A DNA stretch of 64,000 nucleotides from an uncultured Acidimicrobiaceae bacterium (GCA_963719125.1 CAVRAT010000015.1:154683-218682), one strand, 5' to 3'. Positions 10,742 through 20,997 are shown, numbered from the stretch's first letter. Numbers and translations are program-made. Notes: generated by a model not told the origin, from the sequence alone.

Positions 10742-11578
10742 ATGGCGGGCAGCGACTGGACCAGGCACGGCGAGTTCGAGGACATCGCCTACGAGACGAC
10801 CGAAGGCGTCGCGAAGCTCACCATCTGCCGCCCCGAAGTGCGCAACGCCTTCCGCCCGCAGACGCTCAACGGGCTCTCGCGGGCCTTCGACATGGCGCGG
10901 GACGATCCCGCCGTCGGGGTGATCATCCTCACCGGTCAAGGTCCGGACGCGTTCTGCTCCGGCGGCGACCAGCGGGTGCGAGGCGACGACGGCTATCTCG
11001 GTGACGACGAGGTGGCGAGACGCGGCATCGGCCGCCTCAACGTCCTCGACCTGCAGATACAGATCCGAAGGCTTCCCAAGCCCGTCATCGCCATGGTCGC
11101 CGGCTACGCGATCGGCGGTGGCCATGTGCTCCACCTGGTCTGCGATCTCACGATCGCAGCTGACAACGCCCGTTTCGGCCAGACCGGGCCGAGAGTGGGC
11201 AGCTTCGACGGCGGCTACGGCGCGGGCCTGTTGGCAAGGACGATCGGCCTCAAAAGGGCCAAGGAGATCTGGTTCCTCTGCCGCCAGTACGACGCCGGCC
11301 AGGCCCTCGACTGGGGCCTCGTCAACGCCGTCGTGCCCCTCGACCGCCTCGAGGAAGTGACCTTGGAGTGGTGCCGGGAGATACTCGCGCTGTCGCCGAT
11401 GGCGCTTCGGATGCTGAAGGCCGGCTTCAATGCCGCCGACGACGGGCTCGCCGGCATCCAGCAGCTCGCGGGGGACGCGACGATGCTTTTCTACATGTCC
11501 GAAGAGGGCCAGGAGGGCCGCAACGCTTATGTCGAGAAACGCCGCCCCGACTTCTCGCGGTTCCCACGGCGCCCCTGA
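10742..11578 (+). CDS. menB: 1,4-dihydroxy-2-naphthoyl-CoA synthase
   Basis: Crotonase fold with typical MenB sequence ([58 protein letters not shown]). ATG at 10742. Confidence 0.92.
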   Translation: MAGSDWTRHGEFEDIAYETTEGVAKLTICRPEVRNAFRPQTLNGLSRAFDMARDDPAVGVIILTGQGPDAFCSGGDQRVRGDDGYLGDDEVARRGIGRLNVLDLQIQIRRLPKPVIAMVAGYAIGGGHVLHLVCDLTIAADNARFGQTGPRVGSFDGGYGAGLLARTIGLKRAKEIWFLCRQYDAGQALDWGLVNAVVPLDRLEEVTLEWCREILALSPMALRMLKAGFNAADDGLAGIQQLAGDATMLFYMSEEGQEGRNAYVEKRRPDFSRFPRRP

Positions 11579-11597
11579 CCGCGGCCGCGTCGCGAAC

Positions 11598-12464
11598 GTG
11601 ACTTCCGTCCGTCACTGGGCGGCCGGTGCCCGCCCGCGTACCCTGCCGGCCGCGGTCGTGCCCGTCGTCGTCGGGACAGCAGTGGCGGGCGCCGACGGCT
11701 CGGTCGTCTGGTGGCGGTCGCTGCTCGCGCTCGTCGTCGCCCTCGGGATCCAGATTGGCACCAACTACGCCAACGACTACGCGGACGGGGTGCGTGGGAC
11801 CGACGCCGAGCGGCTCGGGCCCGTGAGGCTGGTGGCGGCCGGGATCGCCACCCCCCGGGCGGTCAAGGTGGCGTCGTTCTGTGCCTTCGGAGTCGCCGGC
11901 GTAGCCGGTCTCGTGGTTGCCCTCGCGACGACACCCTGGCTCCTCGTGGTGGGTGCCGCCTGCTTCGCGTCCGGTTGGCTCTACTCGGGCGGTCCCCGGC
12001 CGTACGGGTACGCGGGCTTCGGTGAGATCTTCGTCTTCGTGTTCTTCGGCCTCGTCGCTGTGATCGGCACGGCCTACCTGAGTCTCGGGCGCGTCACGGC
12101 GCTCGCCCTGATTGCCGCGATCCCGGTCGGTCTCCTCGCCACTGCGTTGCTCGTCGTCAACAACCTGCGCGACATCGACACCGACCGGCGAGCCGGCAAG
12201 AACACCCTCGCTGTTCGCACCGGCGCCGTTGTGACGCGCTGGTTCTACGCCGCTTGCGTGCTCGGTGCCTTCGCGCTGGTGGCCGTCGTCGCGCTGTATC
12301 GGCCGCTGGCTTTGATGACATTGCTGGCGGTCGTGCCGGCCCTCCCACCGGTCCGGCGCGTGCTGGGCGGGGCCGAGGGTCGTGACCTCATCGCAGCGCT
12401 CGCCGCGACGGGGATGCTTCAGCTGGCGTTCGGTGCCCTGTTGGCCCTGGGGATCGCGCTTTGA
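11598..12464 (+). CDS. menA: 1,4-dihydroxy-2-naphthoate polyprenyltransferase
   Basis: UbiA-family membrane protein ([12 protein letters not shown] motif, multiple TM segments). The in-frame GTG at 11598 lies just after the menB stop. Confidence 0.85.
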   Translation: MTSVRHWAAGARPRTLPAAVVPVVVGTAVAGADGSVVWWRSLLALVVALGIQIGTNYANDYADGVRGTDAERLGPVRLVAAGIATPRAVKVASFCAFGVAGVAGLVVALATTPWLLVVGAACFASGWLYSGGPRPYGYAGFGEIFVFVFFGLVAVIGTAYLSLGRVTALALIAAIPVGLLATALLVVNNLRDIDTDRRAGKNTLAVRTGAVVTRWFYAACVLGAFALVAVVALYRPLALMTLLAVVPALPPVRRVLGGAEGRDLIAALAATGMLQLAFGALLALGIAL

Positions 12465-13291
12465 TCCGCTTCGCTGACGCTCGGGCAGGCGTTGGGATCG
12501 AGGAACTCCCGCACGATCTCGACGAAGGCGCCGGGGCGTTCGAGGAAGACGGCGTGGCCTGCACCGGCCACGAGTGCGAGCCGGGCATTGCGCCCGATGG
12601 CGTCGGCCGTACGCTCAGCGAGCGCCCTGAACTTGTCGTCGCGCGCGCCCGCGACGACAAGGACCGGCATCTCGAGCTCGCCGAGGCGTTCCCATACGGG
12701 CGCCTGCGTGCCCGTCCCAACGGTCCGCAGCGACGCGGCCAGGCCTGCGGCGGTGTTGGACAGGCGCGAGGTCCGGTCTGCCTGGTCCGCGGTCAGGTGG
12801 GCGAACAGCGGCCCGGAGAGCCAGGCCTCGACGAACTCCGCCACGACCGCGTCGCCGCCACGTTCGAGCTCGGCGGCACGCCGTTCGTCCTCGGCCCGGC
12901 GCTGGCGGCGCTCGGTCTCGTCGACGATGCCCGGGTGCGCCCCGACAATGACGAGGCGCTCCACGAGCCCCGGAGACTCGAGTGCCAGGTGCAGGCAACA
13001 CCGGCCGCCGAGCGAGTAGCCGACGTAGCCTGCCTTGCCGCCCGCCTCGCCGAGAGCCCTGGCCGTCGCGGCGAGCCCGGAGCCGGGGTCGGGAAGCGGA
13101 GAGCGGCCGTGCCCGGGAAGATCCGGTGTCACGACCTCGAAGTCACCTTCGAGCTCTCCGGCGATGCGCGCCCAAGAAGCGCTCGTCTGGGTGAACCCGT
13201 GGACGAGGACGATCCTCGGTCCGTGCCCCCTTATTGTCGCGTGCAGTGCGGGCGATCGCGGCCCCGGCGGCTTGCGGTTCTCGAAGGACAT
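12419..13291 (-). CDS. menH: alpha/beta hydrolase, probable SHCHC synthase
   Basis: RIVLVHGFTQT...PDLPGHGRS and a GYSLGG nucleophile elbow. It is divergent from menD, and its 3' end overlaps the menA 3' end by 46 nt. Confidence 0.7.
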   Translation of the reverse strand: MSFENRKPPGPRSPALHATIRGHGPRIVLVHGFTQTSASWARIAGELEGDFEVVTPDLPGHGRSPLPDPGSGLAATARALGEAGGKAGYVGYSLGGRCCLHLALESPGLVERLVIVGAHPGIVDETERRQRRAEDERRAAELERGGDAVVAEFVEAWLSGPLFAHLTADQADRTSRLSNTAAGLAASLRTVGTGTQAPVWERLGELEMPVLVVAGARDDKFRALAERTADAIGRNARLALVAGAGHAVFLERPGAFVEIVREFLDPNACPSVSEADQSAIPRANRAPNAS

Positions 13292-13296
13292 CGCCG

Positions 13297-15063
13297 GTGA
13301 CGGTAGCGGCTAGCTTCTCGGCCACGCTCGTCGACGAGTGGGTGCGCGCCGGGCTGACCGATGCCGTCGTGGCCCCGGGCTCGCGTTCCACCCCGCTCGT
13401 GCTGGCGCTCGCGCGTGAGAGCCGGATGGCACTGCACGTGCGGCTGGACGAGCGCTCGGCGGCCTTCTTCGCCCTCGGGATAGGGCTTGCGACAAGCCGG
13501 CCGGCGGTGCTCGTCACGACGAGCGGGACGGCGGCGGTCGGGGTGCACGCGGCTGTCGTGGAGGCTCATCTGTCCCGGGTGCCGCTCATCGTGTGCACTG
13601 CGGACCGGCCCCCGGAGCTGCATCACGTCGGCGCGCCCCAGACCATCGAGCAGTCCGTCTTGTTCGGTGGCGCGCTGCGGTGGGCGGTGGACCCCGGTGT
13701 GCCCGACGAGGAGACCAGATCGAGTTGGCGCTCGCTCGCCAGCCGCCTCGTCGCGGAGGCGACGGCCGGCCCGATGGGGCCCGGCCCGGTGCATGCCAAC
13801 CTCTCGTTTCGGGACCCGTTGTTGGGCACCCCCGGTGAGCTGCCCCCGGGACGACGCAACGGCAGGCCCTGGCACCGGGTGGAGCCCGTCCGTAGGGTCC
13901 TGGGCCCGGGCTCGCTCGCCGCCCTCGCCCGTCCCGCGGCAAAGGGCCTGATCGTCGCCGGTGCGGGCGCAGGGCGTCCGGAGACCATCCGCCGCCTCGC
14001 TTCGACCTTGGGCTGGCCCGTCCTCGCCGACCCGCGCTCCGGTGCCCGTATCCCGGGCGAGCCGGGTTCGCCGACCATCGCCGCCGCCGATGCGCTGCTA
14101 CGCGTCGAGAGCTTCGCCGGCGCGCACGTGCCGGAGGTCGTCCTGCGCCTCGGCCAGCCATGGGCGTCGAAGGTCGTAGGCGAATGGCTGAACTCGTGCT
14201 CGGGGTCCGGCGCCGTCCAGGTGCTGGTCGATCCTCACTGGGCCTGGCAGGACCCCCGCCGCGAGGTCGATATCGTGCTGGCGGCGGACCCTGATCACGT
14301 GATGGAGGCCCTGATGGGGCGCGTGCCCGAAGCCGGCGCGCCCGGCCGCTCGGCCTGGGCGGCGCCTCCGACCTGGTCGGAGGGATGGGCGGAGGCAGAG
14401 GCGGCCGCCCAGCACGCCATCGAGAGCACGCTGCGGCGGCACGCCGAGGCCACCGAGCCCGCCACGGCGAGGGCGGTCTACGCCTGGGCACCGCCTTCCT
14501 CGACGGTCGTGGCGTCGTCTTCGATGCCGGTGCGCGACCTGGAATGGTTCGCGGCCCCGCGCCCGGACCCGCCCCGGGTGCTCGCCAACAGGGGCGCCAA
14601 TGGGATCGACGGCGTGACGTCGACGACACTCGGTGTCGCCGCCGCGGCCGGCGGCGCAGGTGGTCCCGTCGTGGGGCTGATCGGTGATCTCGCGTTCTTG
14701 CACGACTCGACGGCGCTCGTCCGCGGCAGACGCGAGCCCGCCCTTGCCGCGGTGCTGGTCGTCATAGACAACGGCGGGGGTGGCATCTTCTCGTTCCTTC
14801 CGCAGGCTTCCGAGCTCGACGAGGCCTACTTCGAGAGGCTGTTCGGTACTCCGCAGAGGATCGACGTTGCCGACCTCGCCCGCACCGCCGGGTGCGAAAC
14901 GACCGAGGTGACATCTCGCGAGGAGGTTCCCTCCCGGCTCGACGAAGCGCTCTACAACGCCGCGCGGCACGGGCCCGCAGTCGTCGTGGTGCGCAGTGAT
15001 CGCAAGGCGAACGTGGCGCTGCACACCGAGCTCGAGGCCGAAGTCGCGCTTGCCCTGGGTTGA
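13297..15063 (+). CDS. menD: 2-succinyl-5-enolpyruvyl-6-hydroxy-3-cyclohexene-1-carboxylate (SEPHCHC) synthase
   Basis: ThDP enzyme (VVAPGSRSTPL, LDERSAAFFALG, GDLAFLHD). The start is set at GTG 13297. Confidence 0.9.
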   Translation: MTVAASFSATLVDEWVRAGLTDAVVAPGSRSTPLVLALARESRMALHVRLDERSAAFFALGIGLATSRPAVLVTTSGTAAVGVHAAVVEAHLSRVPLIVCTADRPPELHHVGAPQTIEQSVLFGGALRWAVDPGVPDEETRSSWRSLASRLVAEATAGPMGPGPVHANLSFRDPLLGTPGELPPGRRNGRPWHRVEPVRRVLGPGSLAALARPAAKGLIVAGAGAGRPETIRRLASTLGWPVLADPRSGARIPGEPGSPTIAAADALLRVESFAGAHVPEVVLRLGQPWASKVVGEWLNSCSGSGAVQVLVDPHWAWQDPRREVDIVLAADPDHVMEALMGRVPEAGAPGRSAWAAPPTWSEGWAEAEAAAQHAIESTLRRHAEATEPATARAVYAWAPPSSTVVASSSMPVRDLEWFAAPRPDPPRVLANRGANGIDGVTSTTLGVAAAAGGAGGPVVGLIGDLAFLHDSTALVRGRREPALAAVLVVIDNGGGGIFSFLPQASELDEAYFERLFGTPQRIDVADLARTAGCETTEVTSREEVPSRLDEALYNAARHGPAVVVVRSDRKANVALHTELEAEVALALG

Positions 15064-15138
15064 CCGGGCTGTGCCGCTTGCCCCTCGCCTGAGGGCAACG
15101 GCCCGGCGTTCGCCCCGGCGCCGGCATCGTGGCACGCT

Positions 15139-16431
15139 TTGGGGATGTTGAAGCTCTCGGACGACCTCGCCTTTCGCGGCCTCGTCCACCAGGTGAGTGA
15201 CGAGGCGCTCTGGACCTTGCTCGACGAGGGGGCGACGACGGCCTACTGCGGGTTCGACCCCACTTCTGACAGCCTTCATGTCGGCAATCTTCTCGGGATC
15301 ATCACCCTGCGCCGGCTCCAGATGGCCGGCCACCGCCCCATTCTCCTCGCCGGCGGTGGCACGGGCCTGATCGGCGACCCCGGCGGGAAGGCGGACGAGC
15401 GCCAGTTGCTGTCGAAAGAGCAGCTCGCGGCCAACTTCGAGGCGGTCCGGGCCCAGCTCGGGGGCCTGCTCGACCTGTCGGGTGCGGCAGGACCGGCCCA
15501 GGGCCTGTTGCTCGACAATTCGGCCTGGCTCTGCGTCTACGGATTCATCGACTTCCTCCGCGACGTCGGCAAGCACTTCACCGTCAACCAGATGGTTGCC
15601 AAGGAGTCCGTGAGGTCCCGGCTCGAGCGCCCCGACCAGGGCATCTCCTACACCGAATTCAGCTACATGCTGCTGCAGGCCTACGACTACCTCCACCTCC
15701 ACGACGCCTACGGCTGTTGCCTGCAGATCGGCGGCAGCGACCAGTGGGGCAACATCACCTTGGGCCTCGAGCTCATCCGCAAGGTGCGCGGAGCCGAGTC
15801 ATTCGCGCTCACGTTCCCGCTCCTCCTGCGACCGGACGGGACCAAGTACGGCAAGACCGAGTCCGGGGCGGTGTGGCTGGACCCCGCGAAGTCTTCGCCC
15901 TACGAGATGTACCAGTTCTTCGTGCGGACCCCCGACGACGAGGTGGGCCGCCTCTTGCGCTATTTCACCCTCCTCTCCAGAGAGGAGATCGAGGCGCTCG
16001 ACACCGAGACGGCCGAGCGCCCCGGACAGAGGGAGGCCCAGCTGGCTCTGGCGCGGGAGGTCTGCACACTGGTCCACGGCGAGGCCGAGACCGAACGCGC
16101 CATTGCGGCCTCCCGGGCGCTTTACTCCGAGGACGTGGCGAGCCTCGACGAGTCACTGCTCCTGGAGGTGTTCGCGGACGCGCCGTCGTCGCGCCTTGCG
16201 CGCTCGTCCCTAGATTCCGGCGGATTCCCGCTCGTCGACGCGCTCGTGTCCACCGGCCTTGCCTCCTCGAAGTCGACAGCGCGTACCGCCATCACCCAAG
16301 GCGGCGTGTACGTGAACAACGCCCGGCGCGCCGACCCGGAGGCGTGCCTCGGGCGCGAGGACCTTCTTGTGGACCGCTACGTCGTGCTGCGCAAGGGGCG
16401 GCGGGACTACCACCTGCTGCAGTTTGAGTGA
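15139..16431 (+). CDS. tyrS: tyrosine-tRNA ligase
   Basis: HIGH-type motif (SLHVGNL), KMSKS-type motif (KYGKTESG) and a C-terminal S4 domain. Confidence 0.93.
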   Translation: MGMLKLSDDLAFRGLVHQVSDEALWTLLDEGATTAYCGFDPTSDSLHVGNLLGIITLRRLQMAGHRPILLAGGGTGLIGDPGGKADERQLLSKEQLAANFEAVRAQLGGLLDLSGAAGPAQGLLLDNSAWLCVYGFIDFLRDVGKHFTVNQMVAKESVRSRLERPDQGISYTEFSYMLLQAYDYLHLHDAYGCCLQIGGSDQWGNITLGLELIRKVRGAESFALTFPLLLRPDGTKYGKTESGAVWLDPAKSSPYEMYQFFVRTPDDEVGRLLRYFTLLSREEIEALDTETAERPGQREAQLALAREVCTLVHGEAETERAIAASRALYSEDVASLDESLLLEVFADAPSSRLARSSLDSGGFPLVDALVSTGLASSKSTARTAITQGGVYVNNARRADPEACLGREDLLVDRYVVLRKGRRDYHLLQFE

Positions 16432-16895
16432 CGGCAGGTCCGCGGCGCACGCTGGGCGGGGCCGTGGCCCTCGTCACAGTGCTCCTGGTGCTGGGCCTGC
16501 TCGCGGGCTGCACGGGCTACACCGGCTCGAAAGCGAATCAGGTGCGCCAGTGGGCCTCCACAACCTCGGTGAGCGCCAACGACAGTCTCGTCAGGCAGGA
16601 CATCGCGGCCATCAAGGCGTCGCTCCACGCGGGGCAGCTCAAGGACGTCACGAGCAATTGCTCGGGGCTCGTGTTCGACACGGGCACCGCGTACGGGAAC
16701 CTGCCGACACCGGACAACACCTTGACCAACGAGCTCAACGTCGCCTACCAGGACTTTGCCAATGCCGGCAGCTCGTGCGCCGCCGCCAGGAGCCTCCGCT
16801 CCAGCCGGATGACGCGGGCGTTGGAGACCATTAAGGGGGGCCTCGTCTCACTCGACGCGGCGACCCGTCGCCTGGCGGCCGACGGCGTGCACTGA
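16428..16895 (+). CDS. putative lipoprotein
   Basis: Signal peptide with lipobox LLAGC. GTGA start/stop overlap with tyrS. Confidence 0.6.
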   Translation: MTAGPRRTLGGAVALVTVLLVLGLLAGCTGYTGSKANQVRQWASTTSVSANDSLVRQDIAAIKASLHAGQLKDVTSNCSGLVFDTGTAYGNLPTPDNTLTNELNVAYQDFANAGSSCAAARSLRSSRMTRALETIKGGLVSLDAATRRLAADGVH

Positions 16896-16994
16896 GTCGC
16901 CATGACCACCGGCCGCTGCGGCGCGCGAGGCGCCTCGAGGTGTGGTGCCCCGGCGCCGCGCGCCCACCCCTGTCGGCACGGCTACGGTGCGATC

Positions 16995-17540
16995 ATGAGC
17001 AGCCACTCGGTCCCGGTCGGTCCTTTCCCCGACGGTCTCGACGCGGAGCACTACGACCGGCTGCGGCGCCGCGTTCTCTGGAAGCTGCCGTCGGGCCTGT
17101 ACCTGCTCGGCAGCCGCGCCGGCGAGCGCAGGAACCTCATGACCCTGAACTGGGCCATGCAGGTGTCAGCGGACCCCAAGTACGTGGCCGTCTCGGTCGA
17201 GCAGTCCGCGGTGACCCACGAACTGATCGTCGAGGGGGGCTGTTTTGCGGTCGCGCTCATCGCCCGCGAGGACAGGGAGGTCGTGCGGCGGTTCGTGAAG
17301 CCGGCCGAACACGACGCGCGGGCCCGTACGCTAGGGGGATTCGCGTATCGAGACGGGGTCAGCGGGGCGCCGATCCCCGAGCTCGCGGTCGGCTATCTGG
17401 ACTGCGGGCTTCGCCACAGCCTTGATCTGGGCTCCCACTCGATGTTTGTTGGGGAGGTCCTGGACGCAGGGTTCGCGAACGGCGGCGAGACTATTCCGGT
17501 TCTTCGCATGGAGGACACCCGGATGAACTATGGCGGGTAG
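16995..17540 (+). CDS. flavin reductase-like (FMN-binding split-barrel) protein
   Basis: LPSGLYLLGSRAGERRNLMTLNWAMQVS... is typical of the flavin reductase domain. The start is set at ATG 16995. Confidence 0.75.
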   Translation: MSSHSVPVGPFPDGLDAEHYDRLRRRVLWKLPSGLYLLGSRAGERRNLMTLNWAMQVSADPKYVAVSVEQSAVTHELIVEGGCFAVALIAREDREVVRRFVKPAEHDARARTLGGFAYRDGVSGAPIPELAVGYLDCGLRHSLDLGSHSMFVGEVLDAGFANGGETIPVLRMEDTRMNYGG

Positions 17541-18864
17541 GGCAGTGGGACGAAGAAGCGGCGCAAGTGAACGCAGCGGGTCCGGCACCGCCTTCCGGCG
17601 CTCGGAGGGAAGCGACGGCTCGAGGGACGAAGCGCTCGAGACCTGGGCGCTCGATCCGCCCGGCGGTGCCGACAGCGTTGTGACCCGTCCTGCCGGCGTG
17701 GGTGACTACCGCTGGATCGGTGACACAGCCGCCCTGGGTGAGCTCGTGGACGAGCTCGTGTCCTGTGACGTCTACTCGCTCGACACCGAGTTCCACCGGG
17801 AGAGGACGTACTTCCCCCAGCTCGCCCTGGTCCAGCTCGCCTGGCGGGGAGGGATCGCTCTCGTCGACCCCCTCGCCATCGACATCTCGCCTTTGGCAAG
17901 ACTGCTGCAAGGCCCGGGCCTCGCGGTGGTGCATGCTGCGGAGCAGGACCTCGAAGTCCTCGAGCACGCCTGCGGGACCGTGCCCACGAAGTTGTTCGAC
18001 ACGCAGGTGGCGGCCGGGTTCCTGGGCCAGGTGTCCCCCTCCCTGGTCAACCTCGTCGAGCGGATTCTCGGGGTCCGGCTCTTGAAGGGCGATCAGCTGA
18101 CGGATTGGACCCGGCGGCCCCTGTCGGCCGGCCAGCTCGCCTATGCCGCCGGCGACGTTGCCTACCTGCTCGAGCTGCGCCAGCGCATCGGCGAGCGCCT
18201 CGAGGAAAAAGGGCGGATGCAATGGGCGACCGAGGAGTTCGCCATCCTGCTCTCCCGGGACCGGTCCTCGACCGAGCCGGAGCAGGCGTGGTGGCGCCTG
18301 CCACGCTCGCGCCAGCTGCGGGGGGCGGCACGCGGGGTCGCCCAGTGCGTTGCGGCCTGGCGCGAACGCAGGGCGCAACGCATGGACCTCCCGGTGCGCT
18401 TCGTGCTGCCGGATCTCGCCGTGCTCTCGATCGCCCAGCACCCGACGCGCACCCGCGAGGACCTCCGGCGTACCAGGAGCCTGGACGGGCGCCATCTCGG
18501 CGGCGGTGCCGCCGAGGAGCTCCTGGACGCGGTTGCCCAGGGCATCGAACTTCCCCTCTCCGAGCTGCGGCTTCCTCCCGCCCATGAGCTGGACCAGCCC
18601 AACAGGGCCGTCACGACGCTCGCGACCGCCTATGTGGCCCAGCGGGCGGGCGACTTGGAGCTGGACCCCGCCATCCTTGCCACGCGGGCCGATCTGGTCG
18701 ACTTCATGCAGGATCCCCCGCACGGCCGGCTTGCAAGTGGCTGGCGCAACGACCTCGTCGGAGAAGGGCTCCGACGCCTGGCCAAGGGGAAGGCGTCACT
18801 GTCGTTCGACGGTCGCGGCGCGCTTGTGCTGGAGGAACGCTCCTTCCGTCCTATCGACCACTGA
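17530..18864 (+). CDS. rnd: ribonuclease D (DEDD 3'-5' exonuclease plus HRDC)
   Basis: YSLDTEFHRERTYFPQLALVQL and YAAGDVAYLLEL exonuclease motifs. The start codon is uncertain and the N-terminal ~50 aa may not be translated. Confidence 0.8.
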   Translation: MAGRAVGRRSGASERSGSGTAFRRSEGSDGSRDEALETWALDPPGGADSVVTRPAGVGDYRWIGDTAALGELVDELVSCDVYSLDTEFHRERTYFPQLALVQLAWRGGIALVDPLAIDISPLARLLQGPGLAVVHAAEQDLEVLEHACGTVPTKLFDTQVAAGFLGQVSPSLVNLVERILGVRLLKGDQLTDWTRRPLSAGQLAYAAGDVAYLLELRQRIGERLEEKGRMQWATEEFAILLSRDRSSTEPEQAWWRLPRSRQLRGAARGVAQCVAAWRERRAQRMDLPVRFVLPDLAVLSIAQHPTRTREDLRRTRSLDGRHLGGGAAEELLDAVAQGIELPLSELRLPPAHELDQPNRAVTTLATAYVAQRAGDLELDPAILATRADLVDFMQDPPHGRLASGWRNDLVGEGLRRLAKGKASLSFDGRGALVLEERSFRPIDH

Positions 18865-19137
18865 TCAGGAACCGACCGTCGAGCCGGCACCCGCCTCGGG
18901 CGCCGGCCGCAGGTCGATCCGCAGGGTCAAGATCCCGTCCTCGAGCGAGGCGTCGGCATCGCCGAGCATGGCGAAGTCCTGAAAGTCGAGTTGGATCTGG
19001 CGCATGATCATCTGCCGCTCGGCCCCCTCCACGGGGGGAAGGCCGCGCCGGCGCACAGCAGCGGCGCGTTCTCTGAAGCGTGCGACCATCTCGTCGGCGT
19101 CGAATCCTTGCGTCATCGCGGCCAAGATAACGGCCAT
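18865..19137 (-). CDS. hypothetical small protein (90 aa)
   Basis: ORF with balanced composition abutting the rnd stop. No family recognised. Confidence 0.4.
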   Translation of the reverse strand: MAVILAAMTQGFDADEMVARFRERAAAVRRRGLPPVEGAERQMIMRQIQLDFQDFAMLGDADASLEDGILTLRIDLRPAPEAGAGSTVGS

Positions 19138-19300
19138 CGCGGCCTTCGGGCGACCTGCCCGAATAGTGCCCTGGATGGATATGCTGTAGTCAGGTGGTAG
19201 GCGACCTAGTGGGCGTCGGCGGCCAGATTGGCTGCGGCTCAGCCGGGCTACCTCATCGCTGCTGTCTGAGGCGGCATCCGCGAGATGTTGGGAGCGGCTC

Positions 19301-19564
19301 GTGAAAAAGGGACGTCATCGGCGTTTCGAAGAGGCGCGCAGCCTAAAGCGCGCAATCGAGGTAACTGTGGAGCCGTGTCCCGAGTGTGGGGCCGACCCTG
19401 AGGAGGAGCATGCCTCCTGGTGCCTTTACGAATCGGAGGAGCTGGACGAGCCCGAAGAAGTCCAGCGGCTCCGCCCCTTCTCGCACCTTGCAGCCCCTGA
19501 CATAGAGGCCAACGGCAGACACGATCGGGTCGACGGCGAGGCCTCAGGCCCCAGGCAGGCTTAG
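19301..19564 (+). CDS. hypothetical small protein (87 aa), basic N-terminus, CPxCG...HxxxC, acidic centre
   Basis: GTG-initiated ORF followed directly by a short GC hairpin and a T5 run. Third-position GC is lower than in neighbouring genes, so coding status is uncertain. Confidence 0.35.
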   Translation: MKKGRHRRFEEARSLKRAIEVTVEPCPECGADPEEEHASWCLYESEELDEPEEVQRLRPFSHLAAPDIEANGRHDRVDGEASGPRQA

Positions 19565-19575
19565 ACAGGGCTGCC

Positions 19576-19593
19576 CCCGGCGCCCGGGTTTTT
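19576..19593 (+). terminator. weak intrinsic terminator-like hairpin (CCCGG-CGC-CCGGG) plus TTTTT
   Basis: A 5-bp all-GC stem with a 3-nt loop, followed by T5 at 19589..19593, lies 12 nt after the stop of ORF 19301..19564. Confidence 0.3.
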
Positions 19594-20350
19594 AGGCCGG
19601 GCGCGAACGGTGGGATGTGCAAGCAGCGACACTTGGCGCCGCCCCGCAGCGGTCCTCGCGCATGTAGGCGGTGAGCAGGTCGTAGACGTCCCGGCCGACC
19701 ATGGCGACGAGCTCGTCCTCAAGCGAGACGTACACCGGTTCGCGTCCGGTGAAAGCCTGCGCGTCCTCGGTGCACCACCAGGCGAACTCCGCCCCGCCCG
19801 CGCCCCAATGCCGCCGGCCCCACTCACCCAGCACGCTCGTGACGTGCCCGTCCGCCGCCACCGTGTCCTCGCGTCGCAGCGGCAGCTGCCAGCAGACGTC
19901 AGGTTTGAGCTCGCGTGGCCGAAGGCCCCGGTCGATCGCGGCGCGGTGCAGGGCGCAGCCGGCTCCTCCGGGGCGAGAAGGCCGGTTCAAGAAGATGCAG
20001 GCGCCCTCGACGAGCCGGGTCGTGATGACACCTTTGGAGTCGCGCTTCAGCACGCCCGCCTTGCGGCGGCCTTTCGCGCGGAACTGCCACTGCTCTTTGG
20101 AGAGCGTTGCGGCCGCGGCCGCGACACGCTCGGCGTCGGCCTCGTCGGTGAAGTGCGCCCCGTAGGAACAGCAGCCTTCCATCCGTTCCGGAGTCGGCCC
20201 GGTGAGCACGCCCTGGCACCCCGCGCCGTAGATGCATTGCCAAGGGCTCGACAGGAACGTTACGTCCATGAGCCAGGTCCGGTCCTCGGCGGGGTCCTCG
20301 AAGCTCACCCACTCATGGGCGTCGCGAGGTGGCTCGGGCGCAGCGGCCAT
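19592..20350 (-). CDS. conserved Cys-rich hypothetical protein
   Basis: A 252-aa ORF with good coding statistics and multiple spaced Cys (WQCIYGAGCQG, GCCSYGAHF, GACIFLN, GCALH, CWQLP). No family name assigned with confidence. Confidence 0.65.
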   Translation of the reverse strand: MAAAPEPPRDAHEWVSFEDPAEDRTWLMDVTFLSSPWQCIYGAGCQGVLTGPTPERMEGCCSYGAHFTDEADAERVAAAAATLSKEQWQFRAKGRRKAGVLKRDSKGVITTRLVEGACIFLNRPSRPGGAGCALHRAAIDRGLRPRELKPDVCWQLPLRREDTVAADGHVTSVLGEWGRRHWGAGGAEFAWWCTEDAQAFTGREPVYVSLEDELVAMVGRDVYDLLTAYMREDRCGAAPSVAACTSHRSRPA

Positions 20351-20373
20351 CCGGTCACGGTAGCGTGCTCGCC

Positions 20374-20997
20374 GTGAAAGAGGTGATCCGCGTCACTCCC
20401 GTCGCGCTCGAAGTCGTGCGCGAGGTCCGCGCCGGTGAGCCCGACCCGGAGGGTCTCGCCCTGTGGCTGGAGGTGAACGGCAGCGCGAACGGCGCTTACA
20501 CCTACGACCTCTGGTTCGGGTCGAAGTCCAAGATCACCCCGGGCGACCACCAACAACTCGCCGGCGACATCCCGATCGTGGTACCCGGCCCGAGCGTCGA
20601 ACGGCTCCGCGGCGCCGTGCTCGACGTGAACCCGATTGCCGGCGAGGCCGGCCTCGTGATCATCAACGCCAACACGCCCCCCCGCCTTCCGGATCGACAC
20701 GTACCGGGGGGCGATCTCACCGGCCCTGTCGCGCAACGCGTCATCGAGGTGCTCGAGAAGGACGTCAATCCCCAGATCGCCATGCACGGCGGGCATGCCT
20801 CGCTCGTCGGCGTCGCGGGCTCAACTGCCTACGTCGAGATGTCCGGCGGCTGCCAGGGGTGCGGTATGGCCCGGGCGACGTTGAGCCAGGGCATCGCCGT
20901 CGCCATAACCGACGCCGTCGAGGAGATCAGCGAGGTTGTTGACGTGACCGACCACATGTCGGGCCTGAACCCGTACTTCGCGCCGGGACCGGCCTGA
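20374..20997 (+). CDS. Fe-S cluster carrier, Nfu-type (IscA/HesB-like N-domain plus NifU C-terminal domain)
   Basis: C-terminal IAMHGGHASLVGV...VEMSGGCQGCGMARATL carries the Nfu CxxC motif. The start is set at GTG 20374; 20365 or 20329 are possible. Confidence 0.8.
   Translation: MKEVIRVTPVALEVVREVRAGEPDPEGLALWLEVNGSANGAYTYDLWFGSKSKITPGDHQQLAGDIPIVVPGPSVERLRGAVLDVNPIAGEAGLVIINANTPPRLPDRHVPGGDLTGPVAQRVIEVLEKDVNPQIAMHGGHASLVGVAGSTAYVEMSGGCQGCGMARATLSQGIAVAITDAVEEISEVVDVTDHMSGLNPYFAPGPA

Noticed and set aside
12419-12464. 46-nt overlap of the convergent menA and menH 3' ends.
   Set aside because: It most likely reflects non-conserved C-terminal extension of one or both ORFs in high-GC sequence. 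There is no independent signal of function.
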